DNA of 64,000 nucleotides, from the NCBI RefSeq assembly GCF_000315625.1, contig NW_005434651.1:243779-307778 (forward strand), in the 5' to 3' direction. The stretch is from Guillardia theta CCMP2712. Taxonomy: Eukaryota; Protista; Cryptophyta. Position 1 is the stretch's first letter; every line of letters begins with the position of its first letter. This document shows, in pieces, positions 12,053-24,585 of the stretch. Made by a program: the position numbers and the translations under genes. The notes below the pieces were generated by a model. That model was not told where the DNA came from, made no database searches, and saw nothing but the letters and a program-made list of their open reading frames with translations.

Positions 12053-13039
12053 CTACTGCTGTAATATTTGTAGATCAGACAGATAAATCGAAGGTCCAGA
12101 CGTTCCCGAATCTGCTCCCCTTCCCCCAAAGAATGTCCGCATGTCCAGCAGATTCAGCTGATACAGGGGATCGGCCCTCGCCGGTAAACTAAAGACATCC
12201 CGTGAACAATGCACATGATTGACAAAAGCATCGATGGTGATGCGCATGAACTCCTTTCGAACACTTCCTTCTTCATCCTTACACGACTGAATGCCAAGAC
12301 GTATTGAAAGCCTCGTCCAGACATCCCTGACGATGCTGACTGACAGCAGTCTAGTGCTCTGCACCGAGACTTCTTTATCGCCTGTCCGCAGAGGTTTGTG
12401 GAAACACTTGAGAACAAAGTTTGAGTTGCTGGTCCACCTCCAAAAGCTCCCCAGAATCTCCTCGCCCAGGGAAAAGCCAGGCAGTCGGCCTCCCTTCTCC
12501 CCGCACTGAAACCCTGCGGGAAACAGGACCTGGTACTGAAGGACGAAGTCATGTGGGAGGAGGGGGAGGCGGAAGAAACTATTGAGGCCGCCTGAGCTTG
12601 TGCTGCTGCCCCGGGTCATGCGCGGGGCAAGAGAGACCTTGAGTGCCATGGCCGACTCAGTCCCCAGGCTGTCATGGACCCCCTGAACAAGCGTGACGTT
12701 GCCAGCGTCAACTTTGACATCCGAGTCCCAGCTGGCAAACAGCTGGTGCAAGGTTGGGGTGTCGTCGAGCGACGGAAAGCCTTGCCAGATCACTTTCCCG
12801 GTCCTTCTCAACTCGTCCATCCCTTGACCTTCCACCTCACTTGCAGTCTCAGAGCCCCTGCTGCTCATCTTCGAGCGATCCGCCAGCCCGTAGGAAGCGG
12901 CGAAGAAAAACTCCTCCTCCTCTGTCATCTCGACTCTTCGCTTGCTAGTGCTGGGCGTGTGAGGCATCGAGAGGAAGAACCCGCCAGTGAAAACCGACCA
13001 GCGCAGAGCCTCGCGGGAGAGTCGCCTGTGGTCAATATT

Positions 13040-13085
<46 letters not shown>

Positions 13086-15363
13086 TCTCACCTGAAAGCC
13101 GAGACCTTATCAGCGTACGGATGTCGAAATCGCGTGTCATAGAGCGGAGGGTTCAGCGCTTGCATGACTCGGGTGGAGACTACGACGTAGGGCTCGAAGC
13201 CGTCCTCGTACTCGATGTCATAGGAGGAGAGGTGGTCTGGGTGGAACAGCTGCACCCACTTTTCAAAGTCAGTCGCTCCATGGCCTTCCCTGTAATGGTC
13301 CAAATGGAAGCCGCGGATTTTGCTGGCATGCATTAGAGCCGCCATCTCTCCCCTCGCTGCTCTCAGAATGCTGCTGACGTCAGACACCCTAGAGGCCTCG
13401 AACGTTGGGACCACCAAGACAGTCAGCTCGTCCTTTTGGGAGCTCGAAAGGAACTTGTCTAGCCTCCTTGCAAGGCTATGGGAAGGGAGCAGGTCCGCGT
13501 CCACCAGCAGACTCCACTTCGTCTCCACCACCGCCAGCCCAACCTGCGCGTTCCAACTCAGTCACCATGGGGACATTCTTCCTGCTAACCGATCGCACGA
13601 GGTTGGACGGATAGCGGCCCCGCGTCAGTGCAGAGAGCGAATTGCGGTCCATTGCCAGAGTGACAATCCGCAGCTGCCCCTGACATCCTACGAGGCTCAA
13701 GGATACCAGCCATCTCGCACAGCAGGCAAGAAAGCGTCCTATGAAACCGTCGGGAACGAGGATGGACAGGACGGCGTTGTCGTTCCAGTGCCTGAGCTGT
13801 CGGATCGCACCGACAAGGTGGGAGAGTGAGCAGTGGGAGACAGCTGTGATAGCCCTGCTGCTCAACTTGCCGTAGGTTGTCAGCTGCTGGGAGTGATGCT
13901 GGACAAGCTCGTACTGGTGTGTAAAGAAGAAAATGTTCCGAAGTACCCTCCCAGTGCTCCGATGGAGAATGTCAAAGAAAGGAGTTGCTGTGCGAGTCAG
14001 TTTCCTTGTCATCATGGCGTGTAGGGAAGCTCTCGAGTGCTGGTACACCTTGAAAGAAGCCGTCAGGGCTGCGATGATACTTTCTCCTCTTCACCTTTTG
14101 GTCTCGCCAGAGCCCAAGTGGTCCAGGTAAACCTTGACCGCAATACTTGTCGAATTGAGGGCAATAGCAACAAGTGCGAGAGAAAGGATCGTTCCTAACG
14201 ATTTCCGCCAACTTCATGTCGAGATGTTTGATTTGCTCCAGCCTTGAGTTATTCTCCCTGTCGTAGAACTCCTGAGCATCCCTCGACAACTCATGCTCTT
14301 GGTGCACGACGTACGCTTTGAAGCAGACCTGCGCACCTTCAATCAGGAAACGGCAGCGAAGGCTCGCGAGCCAAACACCCGGAAATGAAACCCTTGCACC
14401 GCCATCCGTCGAATGTGCGACACTTTGTTCCTACATCATCATCATCATCTCTTGCTCAACAACAATCACCGTCATCTCACCTCCCGTAGCCCTCGTACCT
14501 CTCATCGTACGCGGGAACCATCCACCTGCTGCAGTACTCAGCGGAGGGAGCGAGGAAGAGAAGGAAGCTCTGCCTCGAGACTATCACGTAGGGCTCAAAT
14601 CCTTCCTCGTACTCTATCATGTATCCTGCCTTCCATGTCAGTGTGTACTTCAACGTTCGCTCACATTCCCGCCATTCTCCAATCTACCTTCGATCGACTC
14701 GCACGCTGTCCATAGCTCCCTCACTCGTTCTGCCGCGTGTCCTGTGGGAAACTTTTCTGTCTGGAATCCTATCACCCGAGTTTTCTCAAGATCCTCCTCG
14801 TGCAGAAGCTTCTTTGCCATCTCATAGTCTCCTAGCACATCCTCAAGACTGATCGCCTCGCCTCCCCCCTTCTTCAGCTCCAGCGCAGGTACCACGATGG
14901 CGTTTCGCTCGACACAGCACCACCTCCACAGCAGCATCAAGATGTCTTCTTGCTGCAGCAGGGCAGAGAAGGTGACCGAAGGCAGCTGGTCCACGTCGCA
15001 CAGGAACACAAGGTCGGTGCCGGCATGCGCGAGAGCGATGTTGCGCATGGCGTTGATGGGATACCGTTCGAAGTGAAGCTCGTCCTCCCAGACTGCAACG
15101 ATCTGAGTGATGTCATGGCTACTCTGCTGCAGCTCCTGCACGCCCTCGTGGAACTCAGAGGACTGCGAGCTCGGAACCAGGACAGCAGCTACACAAGGGC
15201 CTGCCCACCGGGGCCGCAAGACCAGGAGGGAGGAGAACTTGTTCCAGCTGAGCTGGGTGACTAGAGTCACTCCCTTCCTCTGCTCTTCCTCTTCACTCTC
15301 CTCCTCCTCCCCCGCCTCCTTCTCCTCCTTCCTCCGCCCTTTCTCCTTTCCGGATCCAACCAT
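12053..15363 (-). CDS. Fusion protein: two GT49 (LARGE/B4GAT1-like) glycosyltransferase domains plus a C-terminal PL14-like domain (multi-exon; 5' end uncertain)
   Basis: GT49-1: VTLVTQLS..YPINAMRNIA..LVFLCDVDQLP..IVVPALE..IEYEEGFEPYVIV. GT49-2: SLLVDADLLP..LVVPTFE..GHGATDFEKW..IEYEDGFEPYVVV..YDTRF. PL14-like: LQYQVLFPAGFQCGEKGGRLPG..TFFGG..IYLSDLQI. GT-AG intron 14049-14094 joins the two GT halves in frame. Confidence 0.8.
13041..13086. repeat. (CAG)n/(CTG)n microsatellite within an intron
   Basis: About 15 tandem CAG units just downstream (minus strand) of the donor after DKVSAFR. Confidence 0.9.
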
Positions 15364-15987
15364 TGCCCACGGTCTATCAAGTACCCACCCCAGAATCTAA
15401 AACAGGTAGGAATAACGAGGTAGGGTGGTGAGATGCGAATCGATAATGGCGAAGAGGGCGGAGGACGGGGACGGGGAGGAGGGGGAGGGGGAGGCTGCAA
15501 GGGAGCGAGGAAGCTAGGAAGAGCTGGTTAACAAGTGGCATACCCATCATGTTGGTTGATGTTGTGCGAGGAAAGTCTGCTGAAAGTGCTTCATCGCTCA
15601 GAGGCCTCTAGCAACACGTTCGAGGCAGGAGAAGTGAATGTCGAGCTGGTCGAACCCTCTGATGTCTGATGCCCTCCTTGCCGTCTCCGCGTCCTCATTC
15701 TCTTTGTGAGAACCTCTAGAACATAAAGAGCAGCTGAGGAGCAGCTGAGGAGGGTAGGTGCAGTCGAGGGCTCGGCCTGGAGATTTTGGAGGCCGCACGT
15801 GCGGTCCAGCAAAGGAGGAGAATCTGATGTGATACAAATGAGACTGTGGTGACGTGCTAACGATACTCTTCCTATTCCCCTCCCTCCTCTCTTCTCATCT
15901 GCCTCCCTCCTCTCTCCCCTATCCCTCCCTCCCTCCCTTCCCCCGCTCCCCCTTTCCCTTCCCTTTCCCGTTTCTCCATGCAGGGCC

Positions 15988-17313
15988 ATGGCGGAGATCG
16001 GACACCATGCGGAGTTCGGGGCGTCTCACTCCTCCTACTACACCAAAGCAGAGGCAAAGGAGCACTACCCTAGCCTCGACGAAGTGCTCGGGAAGAAGAT
16101 CGAGGACGAGGACGTAAGGGAGCTGACCAAGGAGCTGCTGGAGGCTTCCTCGAGAGTAGGAGACGCTCTCCGTGTGAACCTGGCGACTGTCGCTGCATCG
16201 CAGAACTCTGTGTTTGGCGATGTCCAGCTGGCGCTAGATGTCATAGCGGACAACATTCTGTGGGAGGCAGCCAAGGCATGCAAGCTGATCAAGGAGGCGG
16301 CGTCTGAGGAGGAGCCGAAGCTCGTGGAGACCAACCCCAACGGCAGGTTCACCGTCTGCTGGGACCCACTCGACGGCTCCTCCATCGTCGACAATAACTG
16401 GGCGGTAGGGACGATCATCGGTAAGCGAGCAGAGCTTGCTGGGGTTGCGCCAGTAACGTCAGCGGATCAGGCGTGTGGGACAAGACGACAGGAATGCTGG
16501 GAGCGACGGGAAGGGATCAGATCACGGCGATGGTGGTCATGTACGGGCCGCGAACGACGGCTCTGATAGCGTGCGACGACGGAGTATACGAGTTTACTTG
16601 TATCACTGAAGATAGGTGGATAGCGTCAAAGGAGAAGATCAGGATCAACAAGGTTCGACGTTGATGTTGTTGGTGGTGATTGCGACCGTGATGGTGATGG
16701 TGATAACAACGAACATCAACATGAACATGAGGGGAGCAGGTGAAGAGAAGGATGTCCAGGAGTAGGAGGAGGGAAAGAAAAGTGGTCGAGATGATATGGA
16801 CCATAGTGATGAAAGCCTTCAAGACAGCAACAGCAGCAAGGTTTTGTCTCTTTTCCCTCTGTTCTGACTCTCTTGCTTCAGGAGTCCAAGATCTTTTCAC
16901 CAGCCAACCTCCGAGCCTGCGCCGATCTTGAAGGATATGAAAAGCTCGTCAGTTACTGGATGCACAACAGATACACTCTTAGGTACACTGGTGGACTCGT
17001 GCCCGACGTCTACCAGCAGTTCACCAAGGAGATGGGAATTTTCACCAACCCGAGCACGCCCAAGTCCCCAGCAAAGCTCCGACTCGCCTTTGAGGTGGCT
17101 CCGTACGCCTTCCTTGTGGAGAAGGCGGGAGGTTGCTCCTCCGACGGCGTCACCGGCAACTCCCTGCTGGACTCCAAGATCGAGGCCGTTGATCAGGTTA
17201 GGAGACTTGACGCTAACCGGCACTGAGCGCCATGGCAGAGGACGGCAGCGTGCTTCGGATCAGAGGTGGAGGTGAAGAGATTCAACGAGATGGTATTGGG
17301 CAAGACAAGGTGA
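15988..17313 (+). CDS. SBP: Sedoheptulose-1,7-bisphosphatase (FBPase class I family), multi-exon
   Basis: FGDVQLALDVIADN, ASEEEP, WDPLDGSSIVDNNWAVGTIIG, YGPRTT, FSPANLRA, YTLRYTGGLVPDV, KLRLAFEVAP and RTAACFGSEVEVKRF motifs. Confidence 0.9.
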
Positions 17314-17509
17314 ACACCCGAATGAGATCGGGTCCGGTAGAGGACTTGTTGGACTTGTCGACGTTTGGAGTGCGGGCGTGTAAGCCTTGTGGAGTGAGAG
17401 AATTTTAAAAACTCATAGGCGTGTATATGCAAGGCGAAAACAAAGAAAAACTAAATGCACAACGAATCAAAGAATACAAAAAACGTGGAGGCTGCCGAGC
17501 CGAGCGTTA

Positions 17510-19434
17510 TCAACTAGCCTTCTCCCCGAAGCCGCACCATTGTACCTGCAGGCTGTACTGCTTCGCCTTTTCTACATCCATGTTCCCTGACACCGAGCTG
17601 AGCATCAGCTTGGTCGTGAAGCCCTTGACTGACGGGTCGTACACGGAGGTTACCCCTCCCATCTCGAAGAGCTTGCCTGTGCCCCTGAGGCTCGTAAGGT
17701 AGACGGGGGCCGGGCTGGCTTTGAAGTTGCACGATGACGTGTCGACGTACTCGTAGACGAGGTTGGTCGAGTCCGACTTCCACTGGCCCTCCGATATCCC
17801 GCAGCAGGCCCTCGCCGCGTTGCTCGCTACCGAGCTCCCCGACACCAGTCGTACTCCCGTGCAAGGGTACTCGGCCGCCGTGATCTCCTTGCGGTTGATG
17901 AGCATGTCTCCGGTCGGGAACACGGACCCGATCCCGCACCATCCCAGCTGCCAGTTGTTCGCTCGGGCATTTGCCTTGGTGACGGTGTCAAGGTACGAGC
18001 TCAGGCCCCCGATCATGGAGCGGAACGAGTTCTTAGGAAGGTCGGATCCCGGGTAGATGGAGGCGGTGCCGACCGTGTCCTGCACGGCGCCCATGCCGCT
18101 CAGCGTACTGAAGTACTGTGGGCTCCCTCCGAACTGACAAGCCTTCGTGTTGATGTTGACTTGGATGCTTCTCCCTGCGTTGTCGTTGGACCAGTCATTG
18201 GGGGAGGTCAGCCCGCAGCAAAGCCCGACTTCCTGAGGCCCAGTGGACTCGCCCACGCCGCACCACTGCACCTTGACCTGGTTGGAGTTGACCTCCCACG
18301 CCTGTCGGGTCTTCGCCGGCGCCATCACGTACATACGAAAGCTGTCCTTCTTCGAGTCGTGGATGCTGCCCACCCCGGCAAACCCGCCGATCAAGCTGTT
18401 GCCAAACACGCTGGTGAAGTACATCACATCGTCATTGAGGAACTTGCACCGGTCTGTGTTGACGTCGATGAGCGTGCCGTATGTCTTGAAGTCTTCCCAT
18501 GCCACATTAGATGTGCCGCAGCACACGTGTTTCTTCGATTCCTCTCGGATCCCGGGACACATGTTAGCGCTGATCACGTCGGTGTCCTTGCCTGCGGGAC
18601 CCTGGGCACCCCTGGCTCCGATGTCACCCGGGGCTCCTGCATTACCGGGAGGACCAGGGGGTCCTCGTGCACCAGGGGGGCCCTTGGGTCCAGGAAGGCC
18701 TCGAGTACCAGGGGTGCCAGGATCTCCCGGAGGTCCTCTGGGAGATTGCCCTCTGGGTCCCGGGTTTCCTCGTTGACCTGGAAGACCAGCCATACCATTC
18801 TCTCCTGGATATCCTGGGGGTCCATTGTCTCCTTTCTGTCCTGGTTCGCCGACGAGACCTCGCGGGCCCGGAGGTCCCTGGATGCCGGGGACGCCGGTCC
18901 TGCCTCGATCTCCCTGGTCGCCAGGTAGCCCAGGGAGGCCCATGGGGCCCATGTCGCCAGGAACTCCTGGTTCTTGGTTAGTTCATATTATGAAAACGGG
19001 AATGTGGCTCACCGGAGTTTCCCGTCACACCATATCTTCCAACGGCTCCTGTCAGCCCTTGTGGGCCAGGCGCACCAGGTGGTCCTCGTATACCCCTTGG
19101 TCCCAACCTTCCAGGTTCACCCGGCAGAACAGTTGTGGAGATCGGTACTGGCTCGTCCAATTTCCTCATAAATGCTTTTTGCATCTTGGCCAACTTGATC
19201 AACCTCTTCTTGAGTTGCTGAACTGAGCATCATGTTATTCACTCTTAACACCAACGCAATGCCAGGATTACCTTTCGCCACCAAGCTTGAAGACATATCA
19301 TCATCGGTTTCGGCAAAGAAAGGAGAATAATCATCGATGCGATTAGAGTGCGTCATGTCAAGTGACTTTTCCACGCCATATATTGCCTGGGGATCAAATG
19401 ACTGATCCAGTACTGTAACAAAGCTATTAGCCAT
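17510..19434 (-). CDS. Collagen-like protein with three C-terminal Cys-containing H-type-lectin-like repeats, copy A (first exon not resolved)
   Basis: Gly-X-Y triplets followed by three CCG...WCG repeats. Introns 19223-19271 and 18967-19012 restore the frame. N-terminal part is homologous to copy B. Confidence 0.85.
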
Positions 19435-20067
19435 CTGAAAGAAAATAGACCAAGTAAACCAGGTGTTTGTTGTGATCCGTTAAGCTTGAATCTCCAAACC
19501 ACGAAAATTGCGAAGAGGACGGAAGCTGCATAAGATTATAAGCATGCCTTATTGAAATCCAAGATTGCTAATTGCGTTCCTTCGCGTCTCCTCCTTTCAT
19601 CTAAATAAACCGTCGCCTCTCTCGCGCTACTAATACTATCCCTTTTTTTTCTCTCTCCGCCCTCCCCTCCCCTCCCCTCTCCTCTTCGCAATCTCCTCTC
19701 CTCTCCTCTTCGCCCTCTCCTCTCCTCTCCGCTCCGCTCCCCTCCCCTCCCCTCCCCTCCCCTCCTCTCCCCTCCTCTCCCCTCCTCTCCTCTCCTATCT
19801 CTCACCTCCCAGCAGCGCGGCCCCATCCCGTCGCATCCACCGTCCCGTCATGGCGACGACTCTTCGTGTCATTCATAAGACCACCTACCCTATACCTTCC
19901 CCAATGCATTCTGAGTATATCAGGGGTACTGAAATTGATTGGGTGGGGTACTTCAGTCGATGTATACCCAACAGGGTGGGTACTTATGGTCAGAGGTGAG
20001 GTACCGAGGGAGTAGAGTCAATCTACGAGGAGGGGGTGGGGGTGGGGTGTTGCGAAGAGGCGTCGCG

Positions 20068-22139
20068 ATGGCAAGAACGCGATGGGAGGAGGGAGGGAGG
20101 GAGAGGATGATCATGGCAGGTGGCGCATTCCTGTTCTCGCTCCTCCTCATCTCCTCGTGGACGAGCATGAGAGCTCTGCCCAGAGGAGAAGAGGTTGCTC
20201 TCGAAGGTGCTCCTTGTGATGGCACTGGAATCGAAGATTGTCAGATAGTGAAAAAGTTTGACCCCAAGGCGATCTACTCCAGCGACGCCAACATTGACCT
20301 CGAACATCCTAACAGAATTGACTTCTATGGAGACATGTTCCAGAACTTCCCTAAGGGCGAAGACACCTTGCTCACGAAAGGTAAATATGACCTCCCACGC
20401 TTTGCGCCGGATGCTGATGTGACTTGCAGTGATGAAGCTGAAGAGAAAGCTGGCAAGCCTTGCAAGGAAGCAGAAGATGTTCATGGACAAGCTCGATCGT
20501 CCTCCTGCCGTTTCCGTCGAGGTCCTTCCTGGCGAGGTGATGCTTTGTTAAGTCTTGAGCACGGTCTAATCGAACCCATCAGCCCGGTAGAACAGGACCA
20601 AGAGGAGTAAGAGGAGTTGTGGGCCCGCCAGGGTACATGGGACTGACAGGACCGATGGGCCGTCCAGGCTTGCAGGGCAGACCAGGAGTTCCTGGCGACA
20701 TGGGCCCCATGGGCCTCCCTGGGCTACCTGGCGACCAGGGAGATCGAGGCAGGACCGGCGTCCCCGGCATCCAGGGACCTCCGGGCCCGCGAGGTCTCGT
20801 CGGCGAACCAGGACAGAAAGGAGACAATGGACCCCCAGGGTATCCGGGCGACAACGGTCCAGCTGGTCTTCCAGGTCAACGAGGAAACCCGGGCCTGCGC
20901 GGAGACTCTCCACGAGGACCTCCGGGAGATCCTGGCACCCCTGGTGCTCGAGGCCTTCCTGGACCCAAGGGCCCCCCTGGTGCACGAGGACCCCCTGGTC
21001 CTCCTGGAAACGTCGGGCCCCAGGGAGACATCGGAGCCCGGGGTGCCCAGGGTCCCGCAGGCAAGGACACCGACGTGATCAGCGCTAACATGTGTCCCGG
21101 GATCCGAGAGGAATCGAAGAAACACGTGTGCTGCGGCACATCTAATGTGGCATGGGAAGACTTCAAGACATACGGCACGCTCATCGACGTCAACACAGAC
21201 CGGTGCAAGTTCCTCAATGACGATGTGATGTACTTCACCAGCGTGTCTGGCAACAGCTTGATCGGCGGGTTTGCCGGGGTGGGCAGCATCCACGACTCGA
21301 AGAAGGACAGCTTTCGTATGTACGTGATGGCGCCGGCGAAGACCCGACAGGCGTGGGAGGTCAACTCCAACCAGGTCAAGGTGCAGTGGTGCGGCGTGGG
21401 CGAGTCCACTGGGCCTCAGGAAGTCGGGCTTTGCTGCGGGCTGACCTCCCCCAATGACTGGTCCAACGACAACGCAGGGAGAAGCATCCAAGTCAACATC
21501 AACACGAAGGCTTGTCAGTTCGGAGGGAGCCCACAGTACTTCAGTACGCTGAGCGGCATGGGCGCCGTGCAGGACACGGTCGGCACCGCCTCCATCTACC
21601 CGGGATCCGACCTTCCTAAGAACTCGTTCCGCTCCATGATCGGGGGCCTGAGCTCGTACCTTGACACCGTCTCCAAGGCGAATGCCCGAGTGAACAAGTG
21701 GCAGCTGGGATGGTGCGGGATCGGGTCCGTGTTCCCGACCGGAGACATGCTCATCAACCGCAAGGAGATCACGGCGGCCGAGTACCCTTGCACGGGAGTA
21801 CGACTGGTGTCGGGGAGCTCGGTAGCGAGCAATGCGGCGAGGGCCTGCTGCGGGATATCGGAGGGCCAGTGGAAGTCGGACTCGACCAACCTCGTCTACG
21901 AGTACGTCGACACGTCATCGTGCAACTTCAAAGCCAGCCCGGCCCCCGTCTACCTTACGAGCCTCAGGGGCACAGGCAAGCTCTTCGAGATGGGAGGGGT
22001 AACCTCCGTGTACGACCCGTCAGTCAAGGGCTTCACGACCAAGCTGATGCTCAGCTCGGTGTCAGGAAACATGGATGTAGACAAGGCGAAGCAGTACAGC
22101 CTGCAGGTACAATGGTGCGGCTTCGGGGAGAAGGCCTAA
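20068..22139 (+). CDS. Collagen-like protein with signal/anchor, coiled coil and three H-type-lectin-like repeats, copy B
   Basis: Hydrophobic segment [15 protein letters not shown], heptad-like [22 protein letters not shown], ~54 Gly-X-Y triplets and three CCG...WCG repeats. Introns 20381-20429 and 20537-20582. Confidence 0.88.
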
Positions 22140-22208
22140 TCGCATCTTGTTGTTTTCGCACTAATCTTGAAATACCACAAACGTGACAATTGACTCTCCT
22201 TACCTCCC

Positions 22209-24585
22209 TTACCCATCAGTCCTGCTCTGTATTGACGCAATTCGTGCCCATACTGCTTGACCGAACTGTTGTCCATTGAATGGAACAAGGCTGTACAGGA
22301 GGGGTGCTAGTCAGACTGGGGAAAGCAAGGAGAGGTTACGTACTCGCGCGGCATGTGGTTCCGAGCATAAACAGAGAAGGCGTCTACCAGCAAGACGCAC
22401 TTGTTCCGGAAGTGAAAACGATGCAGTCCCCTGCTCTCATCGCAACCATCACTGCAATGCGCCTCGCATGGGGTGGGAGGGAAAGGGGGCGGGTCCGCAC
22501 TGACCTGTGGATCCCTCGCCTGGGCTCATGCCAAAGGCCGAAGAAGTTTGATATCGGTTTCCTGCCGCCCGATCAGCGAGAGAGCGCGTGGGGTCAGAGT
22601 ACCAGGGGGTGGACGAAGTGATGTGACCTTGAGAGTTGAGGGTGTGATTCGACAGACCGCCTTCATAGTACACCACCTGAAGCAGCAGCATCAGCCTCTC
22701 TCACTCTCAGATAGCCAGGGAGTATCTGACCCAGGGCTGGGAGCAAGATTGATACTCGGTTATGAGATCGAGCTCCTTGAGATTCCGGACGACATGAGAC
22801 GCAGCGAGCATGTTGCCCAGCATCTCCTCGTAGTTGCCCAGCAAGAGGCTCTCCGGCGAGACCTCCGACCCATTCACTAACATCACAATATCAATGCGTG
22901 CGATACCATCTGGATGTGATCCGGCAGGTCGTTCAGCTTCAGTCGGCTGCAAACTTCGACGTTAGCTAGTGTCCTTGATCAAGACTCGAGCCAAATTCCT
23001 CGCAAGGACGGAATGGCAACCTGTCATATCGGCGATAGTGCATGGCATCCATGTTGGCTCCGCGTTCACCAATGTGAAAATCCCGCGGAACCTGATGTAC
23101 CTTTAGACCGCGGAGGAGGAGGAGGAGGAGGAGGAGGAGGAGGATCGTATGTAACCTCTGGAAACAGACATTCTCTGCCCTTCCTCTGTTCATCTTCACG
23201 CAGCCAATGATCCCAGTGAGTCTCTGATGACCAACATCATCCATCCGAGCGTACTGGCAAAGAAACTTACCCGGCCAGTGTGGAAGCCATTCATGCGTCA
23301 CGATCTCCCGCAGGGCCAGCCAGCCCAGCCCGATGAACCATTCAGTCCGATAGACTTGACTGGAGTCCAGGGCAAGCGTCTCGAAGCCATTGTCGTTGTA
23401 GGCTGAGACGCAGTAGACGGTGGCGTCTTTTTTCATCACTACAATAAGGTCATGCTGAGGACAACTGTTTTCCTTCTCTTTCACTTTCCTGGTGCATACA
23501 GAAGGAAGAATTCCAGGAAATCAGGGGCGAAGACCATGTCTTCCTCTACGACAATGCAGAACCTACGCAAGGAGGGATGTAGAGGTTCAGGGTTGAAGGT
23601 TATCTGGATTCGCAAGACAAGTCACTCACTGCACTGACTCGTCGGCAAAGACATCACTCAGAACGAACTTGTAATGGTCTGCAATGTAGGCGGCAGATTC
23701 TTTCAGCTCTGCAAGAGAAGAATTCACGACCGACGAAAGCAAGACCTCTCGGAACCTTTTCTGACATGATGCTTTATCGCGACGCCCATGGAGGTGGCAG
23801 CCTGCAGCTCGGTCGTCAACCCATCCATGAAAAACCTTGGTCCTTACCTGAGAAGTCGATGCTTCGAAGCCATCTTGATAGACCGTGATGCTCGAGCGTT
23901 TGACACCTCGCACAGACAGCAACGACGTCAGGCACCTACCACTCAGGTCAAGAGCTCCAAGAAAGCTATCCCCTCACGGCCTAACCTTCGCAAATACATC
24001 TCTCTGTTGTAGGCCACTACAGCTATAGGGAGATCTTTGAGGAGCTGCTGTCCACGAGGGTTGGACACAAACAGAGTAGCTGTCATCGCTCTAGTTGCGT
24101 TCCCTGGCGCTTCTGACATACGAATCTGACTTATTGCATGATGAGCTGAGTCGGTAGCAAGGTATTCATGAGCGCTCCTATCTTCCCTTCCTCCTGTCAG
24201 CCTTTCCTCTTGATCCAGCGCTGGTTGATCAGCCACGACGTTAAAGTTGCTTCCACTTCCCCCTCCTCCCCCCCCCTCCTTCTATCTTTCCCAATCTTGC
24301 TGATCCTCCAACCCGATTCAGAGTTGAGCCACCAACCAGGGCGTTATCGGTATTTACATCTCCTCCTCCTCGTAGCCCTTCCGGCCACCGGCTACCTTCC
24401 ATCTCCTTCGTCATCCTGCGAAGGATCCCCTGCATTCTCGCAGTCTCCGAGAGCGATCGGAGTGCTCTGGCGTCCAGGGACGATGATCGATGCAGCATGC
24501 TCGAGGAAAGGTGTGCAAACATCGCCATGTTCCACCAGCTCAGCCCGGCCACTGCAGCCAGCGCTACCATCGCCGACCTGGTCAT
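22209..24585 (-). CDS. GT13 family beta-1,2-N-acetylglucosaminyltransferase (POMGnT1/GnT-I-like), type II membrane protein, multi-exon
   Basis: PIAVVAYNREMYLRR, ITVYQDG, IADHYKFVL, VEEDMVFAPDFLEFF, VYCVSAYNDNG, YRTEWFIGLGW, HWDHWLR, RECLFPEV..FHIGERGANM; N-terminal anchor MVALAAVAGLSWW. Confidence 0.88.

Noticed and set aside
20380-20620. Apparent frameshifts or stop between the collagen N-terminal ORF and the Gly-X-Y ORF (possible recoding)
   Set aside because: Fully explained by two canonical GT-AG introns.
20896-20910. RGDS motif at the collagen kink of copy B
   Set aside because: Absent from copy A (RGQS) and expected by chance in Gly-X-Y sequence.
24360-24380. LRGGG in the stem of the GT13 protein
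   Set aside because: Lies in a low-complexity stem near a probable intron of a Golgi-type enzyme; nothing indicates it is a processing site.
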